Part shown: one piece after another, positions 20,264 through 30,357 of the stretch
Layout of the letters: every line of letters starts with the position of its first letter
How positions within the stretch are numbered: the stretch's first letter is position 1
DNA from: Gemmatimonadota bacterium
GTDB lineage: Bacteria; Gemmatimonadota; Gemmatimonadetes; Gemmatimonadales; GWC2-71-9
NCBI GenBank assembly: GCA_031400975.1
Contig: JANNQX010000145.1
Span: 7,754 to 71,753 of the forward strand
Direction of reading: 5' to 3'
Length of the DNA stretch: 64,000 nucleotides
Notes under the pieces: model-generated
Databases searched by the model: none
What the model saw: only the letters and a program-made list of their open reading frames with translations
What the model was told of the DNA's origin: nothing
Program-made: the position numbers and the translations under genes

Positions 20264-21529
20264 ATGTCAAAACGCACCAAACTTGGAATCGCCGTCATCG
20301 CCCTCGCCGGGGTCGTCTTCGCCATCAGCTCCCTCACCGCCGCCCGGTCCGACCGGAAGTCGACCGAGGTCCGGATGGAGGCCGTCGGCCAGCGCTCGCT
20401 GGTGGCCGCGGTCACCGCCAGCGGGAAGATCGAGGCCGATGCCCAGGTTGACATCTCCGCCGACATCACCGGCCGGATCGTCCAGCTCGGCGTCAAAGAA
20501 GGCGACGTGGTCAAGAAGGGCCAGTTCTTGGTCCAGATCGACCCGGCCCAGTATCAATCGGCCGTCAAGCGGCTTGAGGGATTGCTGGCGTCGAACCAAG
20601 CCAACCTGGTGCAAGCCCAGACCAACCGCGATCAGCTGAAGCGCCAGCTCGATCGCTGGAATGAAATGCGGAAGATCAACGCGGCCCTCGTGTCGTTGGA
20701 ACAGGTCGAACAGGCCCAGCAGCAATACGACGTCGCGATGGCCTCGTACAACGCCGGGGTTGCCAACGTCGAGCAAGCCCGAGGATCGTTGTCGGAGTCA
20801 CGCGACCAATTGAGCAAGACCCGGATCCTCTCGCCGATCAACGGCCGGGTCGTCCGATTGCCGGTCGAGGTCGGTGAGGTCGCCGTCCCGGGTACCTTCT
20901 CCCGCGAAACCGGCCGCTTGATGACCATTGCCGATCTCGGCACCATCCTCGCCAAGGTCAAGGTCGACGAAACCGATGTGGTCCGGGTCCATCTCGGCGA
21001 CTCGGTGGCGGTCTCCATCGACGCCTTCCAGGACAGCACCTTCTCGGGCAAAGTGACCAAGATCTCCAATGCGGCGTCGGCCGCGGCGGCCGGCGGGTCC
21101 ACCGACCGGGCGGTAGATTTTGACGTCGAGATCACCCTCGACAAGCCGCCCGCCGGGGTTCGCCCGGATCTATCGGCAACCAGCCGGATCATTACCGACA
21201 CTCGCGAAAAGGCCACCGCGATTCCGATCATTGCCTTGACGGTGCGGCAACATGAGGAAGTACCGAATGAGCTGAAGCCGGAGCAAGGAACCCAGAGCTC
21301 CACTTCGAGCCTCAAAGACAAAGACAGAGAGGGCGTCTTCGTCATCCAGAATGGCATCGCCACCTTTCGCGCGGTCAAAGTCGGGATCGCCGGCGATGAG
21401 TATTTCGAGGTCCTCGACGGACTCAAGGTCGGCGACTCGATCGTGGCGGGGCCCTACCAGGCCGTCCGCGACCTGAAGGACTCGACCCGGGTCCGGACCG
21501 CCAAGGTGGAGAAGGGCAAGAAGCCGTGA
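20264..21529 (+). CDS. efflux periplasmic adaptor (HlyD/MacA-type membrane fusion protein)
   Basis: 421 aa with an N-terminal TM, a lipoyl-like [24 protein letters not shown], a coiled-coil hairpin, then [10 protein letters not shown]. Confidence 0.9.
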   Translation: MSKRTKLGIAVIALAGVVFAISSLTAARSDRKSTEVRMEAVGQRSLVAAVTASGKIEADAQVDISADITGRIVQLGVKEGDVVKKGQFLVQIDPAQYQSAVKRLEGLLASNQANLVQAQTNRDQLKRQLDRWNEMRKINAALVSLEQVEQAQQQYDVAMASYNAGVANVEQARGSLSESRDQLSKTRILSPINGRVVRLPVEVGEVAVPGTFSRETGRLMTIADLGTILAKVKVDETDVVRVHLGDSVAVSIDAFQDSTFSGKVTKISNAASAAAAGGSTDRAVDFDVEITLDKPPAGVRPDLSATSRIITDTREKATAIPIIALTVRQHEEVPNELKPEQGTQSSTSSLKDKDREGVFVIQNGIATFRAVKVGIAGDEYFEVLDGLKVGDSIVAGPYQAVRDLKDSTRVRTAKVEKGKKP

Positions 21530-22230
21530 GCGACCTCGTCATCCAGATTGTCGACCTGACTCGCGAGTACCTGATGGGCTCCGAGCGGGTCCAGGCGCTC
21601 CGGGGCGTGTCGCTCGAGATCCGCCGGAACGAGTATCTGGCCATCATGGGCCCCTCGGGCTCCGGGAAGTCCACCATGATGAACATGTTGGGCTGCCTTG
21701 ACACCCCATCGAGCGGCGAATACTGGCTCAACGGGCAGGAAGTGTCCCGGATGCCCGACGACGCCCTGGCCCGGGTTCGAAACCGAGAGATCGGATTCGT
21801 GTTCCAAACCTTTAATTTGTTGCCCCGGGCCACGGCGCTCCAGAACGTCGAACTGCCGCTGGTGTACGCGGGGGTCGGAGCCAAGGAGCGCCGAGAGCGG
21901 TCTCGCCGGGCACTCGAGCGGGTCGGCTTGGCCAACCGGATGGATCACAAGCCCAACGAACTCTCAGGCGGCCAGCGCCAGCGAGTGGCGATTGCCAGGG
22001 CGCTGGTCAACGAGCCTTCCATTCTGCTGGCCGACGAGCCGACCGGCAATCTCGACAGTAACACCAGCGCCGACGTCATGCGGGTCTTCGGCCTGCTCCA
22101 CAGTCAAGGCCAAACGATCATCGTCGTGACCCACGAGGCCGAGATTGCCGTCCACGCCGAGCGGGTGGTTACCCTTCGCGACGGTCGAGTCGCCAGCGAC
22201 GCTCGGCAAGAGCGGATTCAGGCCGCCTAA
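21526..22230 (+). CDS. ABC transporter ATP-binding protein (MacB/LolD/FtsE type)
   Basis: Walker [11 protein letters not shown]-loop, signature [15 protein letters not shown], Walker B ILLADEPT. Confidence 0.95.
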   Translation: MSDLVIQIVDLTREYLMGSERVQALRGVSLEIRRNEYLAIMGPSGSGKSTMMNMLGCLDTPSSGEYWLNGQEVSRMPDDALARVRNREIGFVFQTFNLLPRATALQNVELPLVYAGVGAKERRERSRRALERVGLANRMDHKPNELSGGQRQRVAIARALVNEPSILLADEPTGNLDSNTSADVMRVFGLLHSQGQTIIVVTHEAEIAVHAERVVTLRDGRVASDARQERIQAA

Positions 22231-22233
22231 CCA

Positions 22234-23475
22234 ATGCCGTTCATCGAAGCGATCCGGATGGCGCTGGCCACCCTGTGGAGCCAGAAGCTCAAGAGCTTCT
22301 TCAGCCTGATCGGGGTCTTGATCGGGGTGACGTTTCTGATCGCGGTGGTCTCGATCGTCCAAGGCATGAACGTGTACATGGAGGACCAGTTCGCCAATCG
22401 CTTGATCGGCTTGAACACGTTCCAGCTCCGCCGAAATCCCGGCATGAACATGGGGAACATCAGCGAAGAAGTGTGGCGAGAATGGATGCGACGCCCGCGG
22501 ATCAGCCACGGCGACGCGGCCTGGGTCCAAGCGAAGCTCGAGGCGCCGGTCCGGTTCGCCCGGTACTGCGACGATCGCGCCCAGGTCATCGCCAACGGCA
22601 AGTCCGCCCGCGAGATCCAGATCGTGGCGACCGATGCCGACTACTTCAAGATCAAGAACTACGACATTACGGCGGGCCGCCCGTTCACCGCCCAGGAAAC
22701 CCGAGCCGGTTCCGCCGTGGCCGTCCTGGGATTTGAGGTGGCGGATCGGATGTTCCCCGCCATCGACCCGGTCGGCAAACGGATCGCGGTCGGCGGGATC
22801 CCCTATCGGATCGTCGGCGTGGTGGCCAAGCAAGGTACCCTGTTCGGGATATCGCTCGACAAGTTCGTCATCGCCCCCTTTAGCTCGCCGATGCAGCGGC
22901 TGGCGTGTCGTCTGGGGTACATGGACGAGCTCCAGGTCCAAGCCCCCGGGGTCGATCAAATGACCGAGGCGGTCAGCCAAACCGAGGGCCTGATGCGGAT
23001 GCGGCGACAACTCCGGCCGGCTCAGACCAGCAACTTCGCGATCCAAACGGCGGAGGGCGCATTGTCCGGGTGGCGAAAGATCTCCACCGTTCTCTTCGCG
23101 GCGCTCCCGGGGCTGGTGGCCATCTCCCTCGTGGTCGGCGGTATCGTGATCATGAACATCATGCTCATGGCCGTCAGCGAGCGGACTCGGGAAATCGGGG
23201 TCCGAAAAGCCCTCGGGGCCAAACGTCGTGACATCATGGCACAGTTCATCATCGAATCAGCCACGATCTCGACCGTCGGAGCCGCCATGGGGATCGTCCT
23301 CGGCATCGGCTTGGCATACCTGATCAAAGCCTTCACGCCGCTTCCGGCGGCGGTCGCCCCGTGGTCAATCGGCGTGGCCGTTTTTCTCGGAGTATTCGTC
23401 GGCATGGCGGCCGGGGTCTATCCAGCCAGTCAAGCGTCCAAGCTCGATCCGATCACCGCGTTGCGGTCTGAATGA
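22234..23475 (+). CDS. FtsX/MacB-type ABC permease (P1)
   Basis: 413 aa: MacB_PCD-like periplasmic domain between TM1 and TM2, and a C-terminal FtsX motif ERTREIGVRKALGAKRRDI. Confidence 0.9.
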   Translation: MPFIEAIRMALATLWSQKLKSFFSLIGVLIGVTFLIAVVSIVQGMNVYMEDQFANRLIGLNTFQLRRNPGMNMGNISEEVWREWMRRPRISHGDAAWVQAKLEAPVRFARYCDDRAQVIANGKSAREIQIVATDADYFKIKNYDITAGRPFTAQETRAGSAVAVLGFEVADRMFPAIDPVGKRIAVGGIPYRIVGVVAKQGTLFGISLDKFVIAPFSSPMQRLACRLGYMDELQVQAPGVDQMTEAVSQTEGLMRMRRQLRPAQTSNFAIQTAEGALSGWRKISTVLFAALPGLVAISLVVGGIVIMNIMLMAVSERTREIGVRKALGAKRRDIMAQFIIESATISTVGAAMGIVLGIGLAYLIKAFTPLPAAVAPWSIGVAVFLGVFVGMAAGVYPASQASKLDPITALRSE

Positions 23476-24785
23476 GCGATGCGTCGTTAGGTGCTTCATC
23501 GCGACCCGCGGCCCCGCCGGTTCGGAGACTCGCCCGAATCAGCCTGCTCGACCCGGCCCGGATCCTCGAAGGTGTCGGGATCGCGTTTGAGTCGATTCGG
23601 GTCAGTAAGGCGCGGGCCGCGCTCACCATTCTCGGCGTGGCGATCGGCGTCATGGTCGTCATCGCGATGGCCTCGATGATCACCGGTATCAACCGGTCGG
23701 TCAGCGGTATGCTCGAGCAAGCCGGCCCGAAGACCTTCATGGTCATGCGATTCTTCCGAGAAGGACTTCGCGTGGACGACGATTCCGAGGACCCCTGGGA
23801 TCGGAATCCCTACGTCACGATTGGCGAAGCCCAGATGCTACGCCGGCTCCCGGGCATCGACCAGGTGGCCTGGAGGGAAGACGCGAACGGCCCCGTCGGC
23901 GCTGGATCGGTCCTGATGAAATCCGTGAATGTCATCGGCGCCACCCCCAACTTGCTGGAGGCGGGCGGCGGCGTGATCACGGCCGGACGTCTCTTCACCG
24001 AGATTGAGAGTGCCTCGGGCGCGTATGTCACCGTCGTCAACGAAGCCGTTACCAAACGACTGTTCCCGAACCTCGACCCGATCGGCCGAATCGTCAAAAT
24101 CTACGGGATCCCCTTTGCTATCATCGGGGTCTACAGCGAGCCGGCCAGCCTCTTCAGCGGCGCCGATTCGAGCCCGATCGTGATCACCCCCCACGCCACG
24201 TTCGCCAAAGTGGCCGAATACGACCGCGGCTGGTTGACCATCATGGTCAAACCTGATGACACCACCAACGTGGCGGTGGCCCAAGATCGGGTCATCACGG
24301 CACTCCGGGTCAAACGGGGTCTTAAGCCGGCCCAGGAGAACAATTTCGGGGTGGTGACCCAGGACAAGATGCTCGAGATCTACAACCAGGTGACCAGCGG
24401 CTTCTTTCTCGTCATGTTGGCGCTGTCGAGTGTCGGCCTCCTGGTCGGCGGAGTCGGGGTCGTTGCCATCATGATGATCTCCGTCACCGAACGGACCCGG
24501 GAAATCGGAGTCCGGAAGGCGCTGGGCGCGACCAAGCGAGAAATCATGTTCCAGTTCCTGATCGAAGCCTCCACCCTCACCGTCCTCGGCGGCACCATCG
24601 GGATGCTCCTCGGCGGCAGCATCGCCTGGGCGGTCGCCCGGTACACGCCAATTCCGGCCACCGTCCCGCTCTGGTCCGTGGTGGCCGCCCTAGTCGCAAG
24701 CGCCGTCACCGGGATCTTCTTCGGCCTCTACCCCGCCAGCAAAGCCGCCAAACTCGACCCGGTCGAGGCCCTCCGCTACGAGTAG
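23472..24785 (+). CDS. FtsX/MacB-type ABC permease (P2)
   Basis: 437 aa with the same architecture (ERTREIGVRKALGATKREI). ATGA overlap with P1. Confidence 0.9.
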   Translation: MSDASLGASSRPAAPPVRRLARISLLDPARILEGVGIAFESIRVSKARAALTILGVAIGVMVVIAMASMITGINRSVSGMLEQAGPKTFMVMRFFREGLRVDDDSEDPWDRNPYVTIGEAQMLRRLPGIDQVAWREDANGPVGAGSVLMKSVNVIGATPNLLEAGGGVITAGRLFTEIESASGAYVTVVNEAVTKRLFPNLDPIGRIVKIYGIPFAIIGVYSEPASLFSGADSSPIVITPHATFAKVAEYDRGWLTIMVKPDDTTNVAVAQDRVITALRVKRGLKPAQENNFGVVTQDKMLEIYNQVTSGFFLVMLALSSVGLLVGGVGVVAIMMISVTERTREIGVRKALGATKREIMFQFLIEASTLTVLGGTIGMLLGGSIAWAVARYTPIPATVPLWSVVAALVASAVTGIFFGLYPASKAAKLDPVEALRYE

Positions 24786-24855
24786 GCTCGGCACTCGGCG
24801 CTCGGCACTCGGCATTCGATCGCGAGTGCCGAGTGCCGAGTGCCGAGCGCCGAGA
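24786..24855. repeat. inverted heptamer-repeat hairpin (4 x RCTCGGC, loop, 4-5 x GCCGAGY) followed by ATTATCTT
   Basis: Hand pairing of 24787-24818 with 24823-24854 gives ~33 bp with 1 mismatch and 2 G:T pairs around a CGATCG-centred loop. It starts 1 nt after the P2 stop and ends 13 nt before the P3 ATG. Confidence 0.9.
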
Positions 24856-24867
24856 TTATCTTCCACA

Positions 24868-26115
24868 ATGCCACTTGTTGAAGCGATTCGGCTGGCGGTC
24901 GAATCGATCCGGACCTCGAAACTCCGCTCGTTCTTTACCCTCCTCGGGATCATCGTCTCGGTGGGGTTCCTGGTGACCGTGGTGGCGATCATCCAGGGGA
25001 TGAATGCCTACGTCAAAGACAACTTGACGGGGGCCATTATCGGCACCAATTCGTTTCAGGTCCGGCGGACGCCGATCTCCACCCAGTTGTTGTCCGACGA
25101 ACAGATTCGCCAAATCGCCAAGCGGCCATTGATTTCGCAGGAAGACGCTGAGGCGGTTCGCGCGGCCCTTCCCGATGCGGAGGCCGTTTCGCTGCAGTCG
25201 GGGTGGCCGACCCCGTCGGTGGATGTCGTCTACCGAAATCGGGAGGTCTCGAGCGCCCTCGTCTTCGGGGTTACCCCGGACTATCAAGCCGTCCAAGACT
25301 ATCGGTTTGCCGCCGGCGAACCGCTGACCGACACCGATATCCGCGAGCGCCGCTACGTCGCGGTCGTTGGCTTCGACATCGCGGACAAGCTCTTCGACGG
25401 GGCCGAGCAGGCGCTCGGCAAGCCGATCCGAGTTGGCGGTCTTCCGCTGACCATCAAAGGTGTGATCGCGTCCAAAGGCCGGGTACTCGGCCAATCCTTC
25501 GACGCCTTCATCCTGGCTCCCCTCCCCACCTTCGAAACGATGTACGGGCGGCGCCTCACGACCACGGTCTCGGTCAAGGTGCGGACCGCCGAGGAAATCC
25601 CGGCCGCCATGGCGGGCGCCGAGGAGGCCATGCGAGTGGCCCACCGGCTCAGGCCCAACGAACCGAATGACTTCGCCATCGACAAGGCTGATGCGCTGCT
25701 GGCGTTTTGGGCCACCTTGACCAACGTGCTTTTCCTCGTGGTGCCGGCGGTGGTCGCCATTGGGATCGTCGTGGGTGGTATCGTAATCATGAACGTGATG
25801 TTGATGTCGGTCACTGAGCGAACCTATGAAATCGGGCTCCGCAAGTCGCTCGGAGCACGGCGTCAGGACATTCTCCGGCAGTTCATGGTGGAGTCGGTGA
25901 TCCTGGCCACGTTGGGTGGGATCCTCGGGGTCCTCGCCGGTGCCACGCTGGCCTGGCTGGTCGCCGCCGCGAGCCCATTGCCGGCCAAGGTCACCGGCTG
26001 GTCGGTCGGGGTGTCGCTGGCCCTCGGCGCCGGTACCGGGATCCTGTTTGGGGTCTACCCCGCGAACCGGGCGGCCCGGCTTGATCCGATCACCGCGCTG
26101 CGGGCCGAGGGCTAG
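24868..26115 (+). CDS. FtsX/MacB-type ABC permease (P3, paralog of P1)
   Basis: ATG at 24868 ([27 protein letters not shown], compare P1 MPFIEAIRMALATLWSQKLKSFFSLIG). The upstream part of ORF 24826.. is translated repeat sequence. Confidence 0.9.
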   Translation: MPLVEAIRLAVESIRTSKLRSFFTLLGIIVSVGFLVTVVAIIQGMNAYVKDNLTGAIIGTNSFQVRRTPISTQLLSDEQIRQIAKRPLISQEDAEAVRAALPDAEAVSLQSGWPTPSVDVVYRNREVSSALVFGVTPDYQAVQDYRFAAGEPLTDTDIRERRYVAVVGFDIADKLFDGAEQALGKPIRVGGLPLTIKGVIASKGRVLGQSFDAFILAPLPTFETMYGRRLTTTVSVKVRTAEEIPAAMAGAEEAMRVAHRLRPNEPNDFAIDKADALLAFWATLTNVLFLVVPAVVAIGIVVGGIVIMNVMLMSVTERTYEIGLRKSLGARRQDILRQFMVESVILATLGGILGVLAGATLAWLVAAASPLPAKVTGWSVGVSLALGAGTGILFGVYPANRAARLDPITALRAEG

Positions 26116-26118
26116 CCG

Positions 26119-27360
26119 GTGCGACTGCACAGCGTTGGTGAAGGCGTCGCCATGGCGATCGACTCGCTCCGGACCAACAAGCTTCGATCATTCCTGACGA
26201 TTCTCGGCGTGGTCATCGGGGTCTCGACCGTGATGACCATGGCCTCCATCGTCCAGGGCATTCGGACCCAGATCTTCGCGGCGCTCAACGCCGCGGTGCC
26301 CAACACGTTCTACGTTTTTCGATTCAACGCCGGGACCCCAGTCAACCCCGACAACCTGCCCCCGGAAGTCCGGCAACGCCCGATTGTGTCCGACGAGGAT
26401 GCCGTGGCGATCGCCCAGTCTCCGGTCATTCGGCACGCCGCCCTCTGGTGCCGGTTCTTCTCCCGGATTTCCCAGGAAGACGCCACGACCCAGCGGACCA
26501 TCGTCTTCGGAGCCGACGAACGGTTCATGGATCTCCAAGGGGGCACCTTGGTCAGTGGTCGGATGTTTGCCCCGTCCGAAGTGCGGGGCGGCGCCCCCGT
26601 CGCGGTGTTGGCCTCCGATGTCGGCAGGACCTTGTTCGGCAACGCCAGCCCAGTGGGAAAGTTCGTCCGGATGGGGACGCGGGCATTCATGGTCATCGGG
26701 GTCTGGCAGCCTCCCGACAACGCGTTTTCACCCCAGGGCGTTTCAACTGGTGCGGTGATTCCCTTCCGGGCCGCCAAGGGTTCGTTCCGCTACAACGAAA
26801 CCACCGATCAGTTCATCGTGGTCCTCGGGATCCCAACCCTCGCGGTTGGCGAAGTCCAGGACGGCGCGGCCATTGCGCTCCGCCGGCACCGGGGTCTCCG
26901 ACCCGGGCAGCTCGACAATTTCGATATGCTGACCCAGGACCAGATCCTCGAAATCATCAGCAAGTTGACGGGAGCCTTCTTTCTGGTCATGGTGGCGCTT
27001 TCCGGGGTGGCGCTCTTAGTCGGGGGCATCGGCGTCATGGCCATCATGATGGTCTCGGTCACCAGCCGGACCCGGGAAATCGGCACCAGAAAAGCGTTGG
27101 GCGCCACCCGCGGCGAGATTCTCTGGCAGTTCCTGGTCGAGGCCGCCAGTCTCACGGCCCTGGGCGGAGTTCTCGGTATCGCTGCCGGGCTCCTGTTCGG
27201 GGAGGTCATCAAGCTCGCCCTCAAGATCGAAGCCAATGCCCCGCTGTGGAGCGCCGTGGTCGCGGTCGCGGCGTCGGTCGCCATCGGCCTTGGATTCGGT
27301 CTCTATCCCGCCAACCGGGCCGCCCGAATGGACCCGGTTGAAGCCCTTCGCCATGAATAA
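26119..27360 (+). CDS. FtsX/MacB-type ABC permease (P4, paralog of P2)
   Basis: 413 aa with [19 protein letters not shown]. The start is either GTG 26119 or ATG 26152. Confidence 0.9.
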   Translation: MRLHSVGEGVAMAIDSLRTNKLRSFLTILGVVIGVSTVMTMASIVQGIRTQIFAALNAAVPNTFYVFRFNAGTPVNPDNLPPEVRQRPIVSDEDAVAIAQSPVIRHAALWCRFFSRISQEDATTQRTIVFGADERFMDLQGGTLVSGRMFAPSEVRGGAPVAVLASDVGRTLFGNASPVGKFVRMGTRAFMVIGVWQPPDNAFSPQGVSTGAVIPFRAAKGSFRYNETTDQFIVVLGIPTLAVGEVQDGAAIALRRHRGLRPGQLDNFDMLTQDQILEIISKLTGAFFLVMVALSGVALLVGGIGVMAIMMVSVTSRTREIGTRKALGATRGEILWQFLVEAASLTALGGVLGIAAGLLFGEVIKLALKIEANAPLWSAVVAVAASVAIGLGFGLYPANRAARMDPVEALRHE

Positions 27361-27362
27361 CC

Positions 27363-28091
27363 GTGACGAGCCCTATGCCCGTTGATTTGCTTGCCATCGC
27401 GGCCCACCGCGACGACGTCGAACTGACCTGCGCGGGGACCCTGCTCAAGGCCGTCGACCAAGGACACCGGACGGCCATCCTCGATCTGACCGCCGGAGAA
27501 GCAGGCTCGCGCGGGTCGGCCGACCTCCGGGGCCAGGAAGCCGACCGGGCCGCCGCGATTTTGGGAGTCGCCGAGCGACGAAACGCCGGGTTGCCCGATG
27601 CCCATCTCCACAACACGGAGGAGTCCCGCCGGATCGTGGTGGAGGCGATCCGTCACTTCGCCCCCCGCGTCGTGATTTTGCCGTTCCCGGTCGGCCGCCA
27701 TCCCGACCACCGCGTCGCATCCGAGTTGGCCCGCGATGCCTGCTTCTTGGCCGGCCTCGCCAAGTATCCGGCGGGCGGAGAACCGCACCGGCCGTTCAAG
27801 ATTCTCTATGCACTCGCCTATCGGGAGGACCCGATCAAGCCCAGTTTCGTCGTCGATATCAGTGGCCAGTTCGAACGGAAGCTGGCGGCCATTCGTTGCT
27901 ACGCCAGCCAGTTCGACGGTGCCCAGGCCGCCGGTGAGATCTTCCCGACCGGTCAGGACCTCTACGGGCTGGTCGAGACCCAAAACGCCCACTATGGTTC
28001 TTTGATTCGGGCCCGGTTTGGGGAGCCGTTCTTTACCCACGAAACCGTACTCGTCGACGATGTTGTCGGGCTGGGCGTTCGCAGCATCTAA
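27363..28091 (+). CDS. PIG-L/LmbE family N-acetylglucosaminyl deacetylase (BshB1-like)
   Basis: LLAIAAHRDDVELTCAGTLLK ... DLTAGEAGSRGS ... R.EADRAAAILGV is the LmbE/BshB1 pattern. Confidence 0.8.
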   Translation: MTSPMPVDLLAIAAHRDDVELTCAGTLLKAVDQGHRTAILDLTAGEAGSRGSADLRGQEADRAAAILGVAERRNAGLPDAHLHNTEESRRIVVEAIRHFAPRVVILPFPVGRHPDHRVASELARDACFLAGLAKYPAGGEPHRPFKILYALAYREDPIKPSFVVDISGQFERKLAAIRCYASQFDGAQAAGEIFPTGQDLYGLVETQNAHYGSLIRARFGEPFFTHETVLVDDVVGLGVRSI

Positions 28092-28118
28092 GGTCTAACC
28101 CTTTTGCTCACAACGCGT

Positions 28119-28124
28119 TATAAT
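28119..28124 (+). promoter_or_regulatory. -10 box TATAAT positioned for a leaderless cysteine-desulfurase transcript
   Basis: TATAAT at 28119-28124, 6 nt before the ATG at 28131, with no SD. The -35 is weak (TAACCC at 17-nt spacing). Confidence 0.4.
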
Positions 28125-28130
28125 CACACC

Positions 28131-29306
28131 ATGAGGACTGACGTCTACCTCGACCACGCGGCTACGACCCCGGTTCGCCCCGAGGTTCTCGAAGCGATGC
28201 TACCCTACTTCGGGGCCGCTTCGTTCGGCAATCCTTCGAGCAGTCACCGGGTCGGCCGCACCGCTCGGGCCGGCCTCGAACAGGCCCGTCGCGAGGTGGC
28301 CGACGCCGTTGGCGCCGAGCCGGGCCAGGTGGTCTTTACGTCGGGCGGCACCGAGGCCGACAACCTGGCCATCATCGGTACCGCCCTGGCCGCCCGCGAG
28401 CGCGGCGACCCGATGCACATCGTCACCACCGCCACCGAGCATAAGGCCGTTCTCGCGGCCGCCCACCAAGTCGTGCGGCTCGGAGGAACCGAGGAAATCC
28501 TTTCGGTCGGACCCAGCGGATTGGTCGACCTGGCGGTGTTCGAACAGGCCCTCCGCCACCGGCCGGCCGTGGTCTCGGTGATGTGGGTGAACAACGAGAC
28601 CGGCGTTCGCCAGCCGGTCGAAGCCATCGCGGCCCGCTGTGCTGACGCCCAGGTCCCGTTTCATTCCGACGCGGTTCAGGCATTCGGCAAGATTGCACTT
28701 TCACTCCGCGAGACCGATTGCGCGTTCCTCACGTTGTCGGGGCACAAAATCGGAGCGCCGAAGGGCGTCGGGGCGCTCGTCATCAGGGACCGGAAAATCG
28801 TCGAGGCCATCATTCACGGCGGCGGTCAACAATTCGGGATCCGCCCCGGGACCGAGAACGTCGCCGGCGCGGTGGCGTTAGGCCGGGCGGCGAAGCTGGC
28901 CGCCGGAGAGCTAGCGACCGAGGCCCCGCGACTCGCGAACCTCCGGGACGGCCTGGCGGCCTCGCTCCAGGCCGCCGTGCCTGACCTCGTCGTCAACGGG
29001 CTCGACGCACCCCGGGCGCCCCATGTCCTCAACGTGGCCGTCCCCGGTGGGGACAGCGAGGCGATCCTGATGCACCTCGACCTCGCCGGGATCGCGGCGT
29101 CCGGCGGGTCAGCCTGCTCCACCGGGGCGACCGAGCCGTCGCACGTGCTTGTGGCGATGGGTTTGCAGAGGAGTCTCGCCTTGGGGTCGGTTCGGTTCAG
29201 CTTGGGCCATGAGACGGCGCCGCAAGATCTTGCCCGTTTGGTGGCCGTGTTCCCCGGAGTCGTCGAGAAAGTGCGAAGACTTGCAGCGACGCTTGGCCGT
29301 GCCTGA
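28131..29306 (+). CDS. cysteine desulfurase (NifS/IscS family, class V aminotransferase)
   Basis: [23 protein letters not shown]..., PLP lysine [15 protein letters not shown] and active-site loop GSACSTG. Confidence 0.9.
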   Translation: MRTDVYLDHAATTPVRPEVLEAMLPYFGAASFGNPSSSHRVGRTARAGLEQARREVADAVGAEPGQVVFTSGGTEADNLAIIGTALAARERGDPMHIVTTATEHKAVLAAAHQVVRLGGTEEILSVGPSGLVDLAVFEQALRHRPAVVSVMWVNNETGVRQPVEAIAARCADAQVPFHSDAVQAFGKIALSLRETDCAFLTLSGHKIGAPKGVGALVIRDRKIVEAIIHGGGQQFGIRPGTENVAGAVALGRAAKLAAGELATEAPRLANLRDGLAASLQAAVPDLVVNGLDAPRAPHVLNVAVPGGDSEAILMHLDLAGIAASGGSACSTGATEPSHVLVAMGLQRSLALGSVRFSLGHETAPQDLARLVAVFPGVVEKVRRLAATLGRA

Positions 29307-30357
29307 GAAGATCCTGGTAGCCATGTCCGGCGGCGTCGACAGTTCGGTCGCGGCCGCTCTGCTCGTCGAGCAGGGGCATCAGGTCGTGGGGGCTACGATG
29401 AAGCTCTTTTGCTATGGCGACAACGTCCCCGACCGGCCCTGCTGCTCCCTCGACTCGATCAACGACGCCAAGGACGTGGCGCACCGGCTCGGCATTCCGC
29501 ATTATGTCTTGAATTTCGAAGACCGATTCAGCCAGCACGTGATCCGGAATTTTGTCGACGAGTACAGCCGGGGCCGAACTCCGATCCCCTGCGTCCGCTG
29601 CAACTCGTTCACCAAGTTTCGCGATCTCCTGGCCCATGCCGACGCCCTGGGATGCGATACCATGGCCACCGGTCACTACGCCGTCGCCCGGGACGGCGGT
29701 CTGTTCCGCGGCGCCGACCGGACCAAGGACCAGAGTTACTTCCTCTGGGGCATTGCCCCGAACGTGGTGGCGCGGATGCGGACGCCGGTTGGCGAACTCA
29801 CCAAAGTCGAGACCCGACGGATCGCCCGCCGGCTCGGCTTGGCCACAGCCGACAAGGAAGAGTCGGTCGACATCTGCTTCGTTCCCGACAACGACTATGT
29901 CGGGGTGTTGGAGCGGCATCTACCGGCCGACGCACCCGCCCTGACACCTGGTCCCCTGGTCACCACCTCGGGCGTGAGGCTCGGCGAGCACCAAGGATTT
30001 GCCCGCTATACGGTGGGTCAGCGGCGCCGGCTACCGGGTGGGTCGGCGCTACCCCTATATGTAGTGGCCATCCGACCGGACGATCGGGCCGTGGTCGTCG
30101 GAACGGCCGCCGACCTCGAGGGACGCTTCGTTCGACTTGCCGAGATGAACTGGCTGACCGAACCCCTGGCCCCCGGCGCCCGGTGCGAGGTCCAGATTCG
30201 CTACCGCAGCCCGGCCGTGCCGGCCACCGTTCGGTCGCGGAATGCCGACGGCCTCACCCTTGATCTCGAAGTCCCAGCCCGGGCCATTACGCCCGGACAA
30301 TCGGGGGTCCTCTATACCGAAGCCGGCCAAGTCTTGGGCGGCGGAGTCATCGAATGA
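29299..30357 (+). CDS. mnmA: tRNA 2-thiouridine(34) synthase MnmA
   Basis: PP-loop [18 protein letters not shown], catalytic-cysteine context ([10 protein letters not shown]; IPCVRCN) and [10 protein letters not shown] start at 29299 overlapping the desulfurase stop. The start is approximate. Confidence 0.9.
   Translation: MPEKILVAMSGGVDSSVAAALLVEQGHQVVGATMKLFCYGDNVPDRPCCSLDSINDAKDVAHRLGIPHYVLNFEDRFSQHVIRNFVDEYSRGRTPIPCVRCNSFTKFRDLLAHADALGCDTMATGHYAVARDGGLFRGADRTKDQSYFLWGIAPNVVARMRTPVGELTKVETRRIARRLGLATADKEESVDICFVPDNDYVGVLERHLPADAPALTPGPLVTTSGVRLGEHQGFARYTVGQRRRLPGGSALPLYVVAIRPDDRAVVVGTAADLEGRFVRLAEMNWLTEPLAPGARCEVQIRYRSPAVPATVRSRNADGLTLDLEVPARAITPGQSGVLYTEAGQVLGGGVIE

Noticed and set aside
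21964-23046. 360-aa minus-strand ORF (similarly 24856..26130 at 424 aa, 46021..47292 at 423 aa, 51588..52856 at 422 aa, and 54082..55287 at 401 aa)
   Set aside because: All are antisense to, or run across, strongly supported genes or intergenic DNA. They have no motifs and the compositional bias of GC-rich shadow ORFs.
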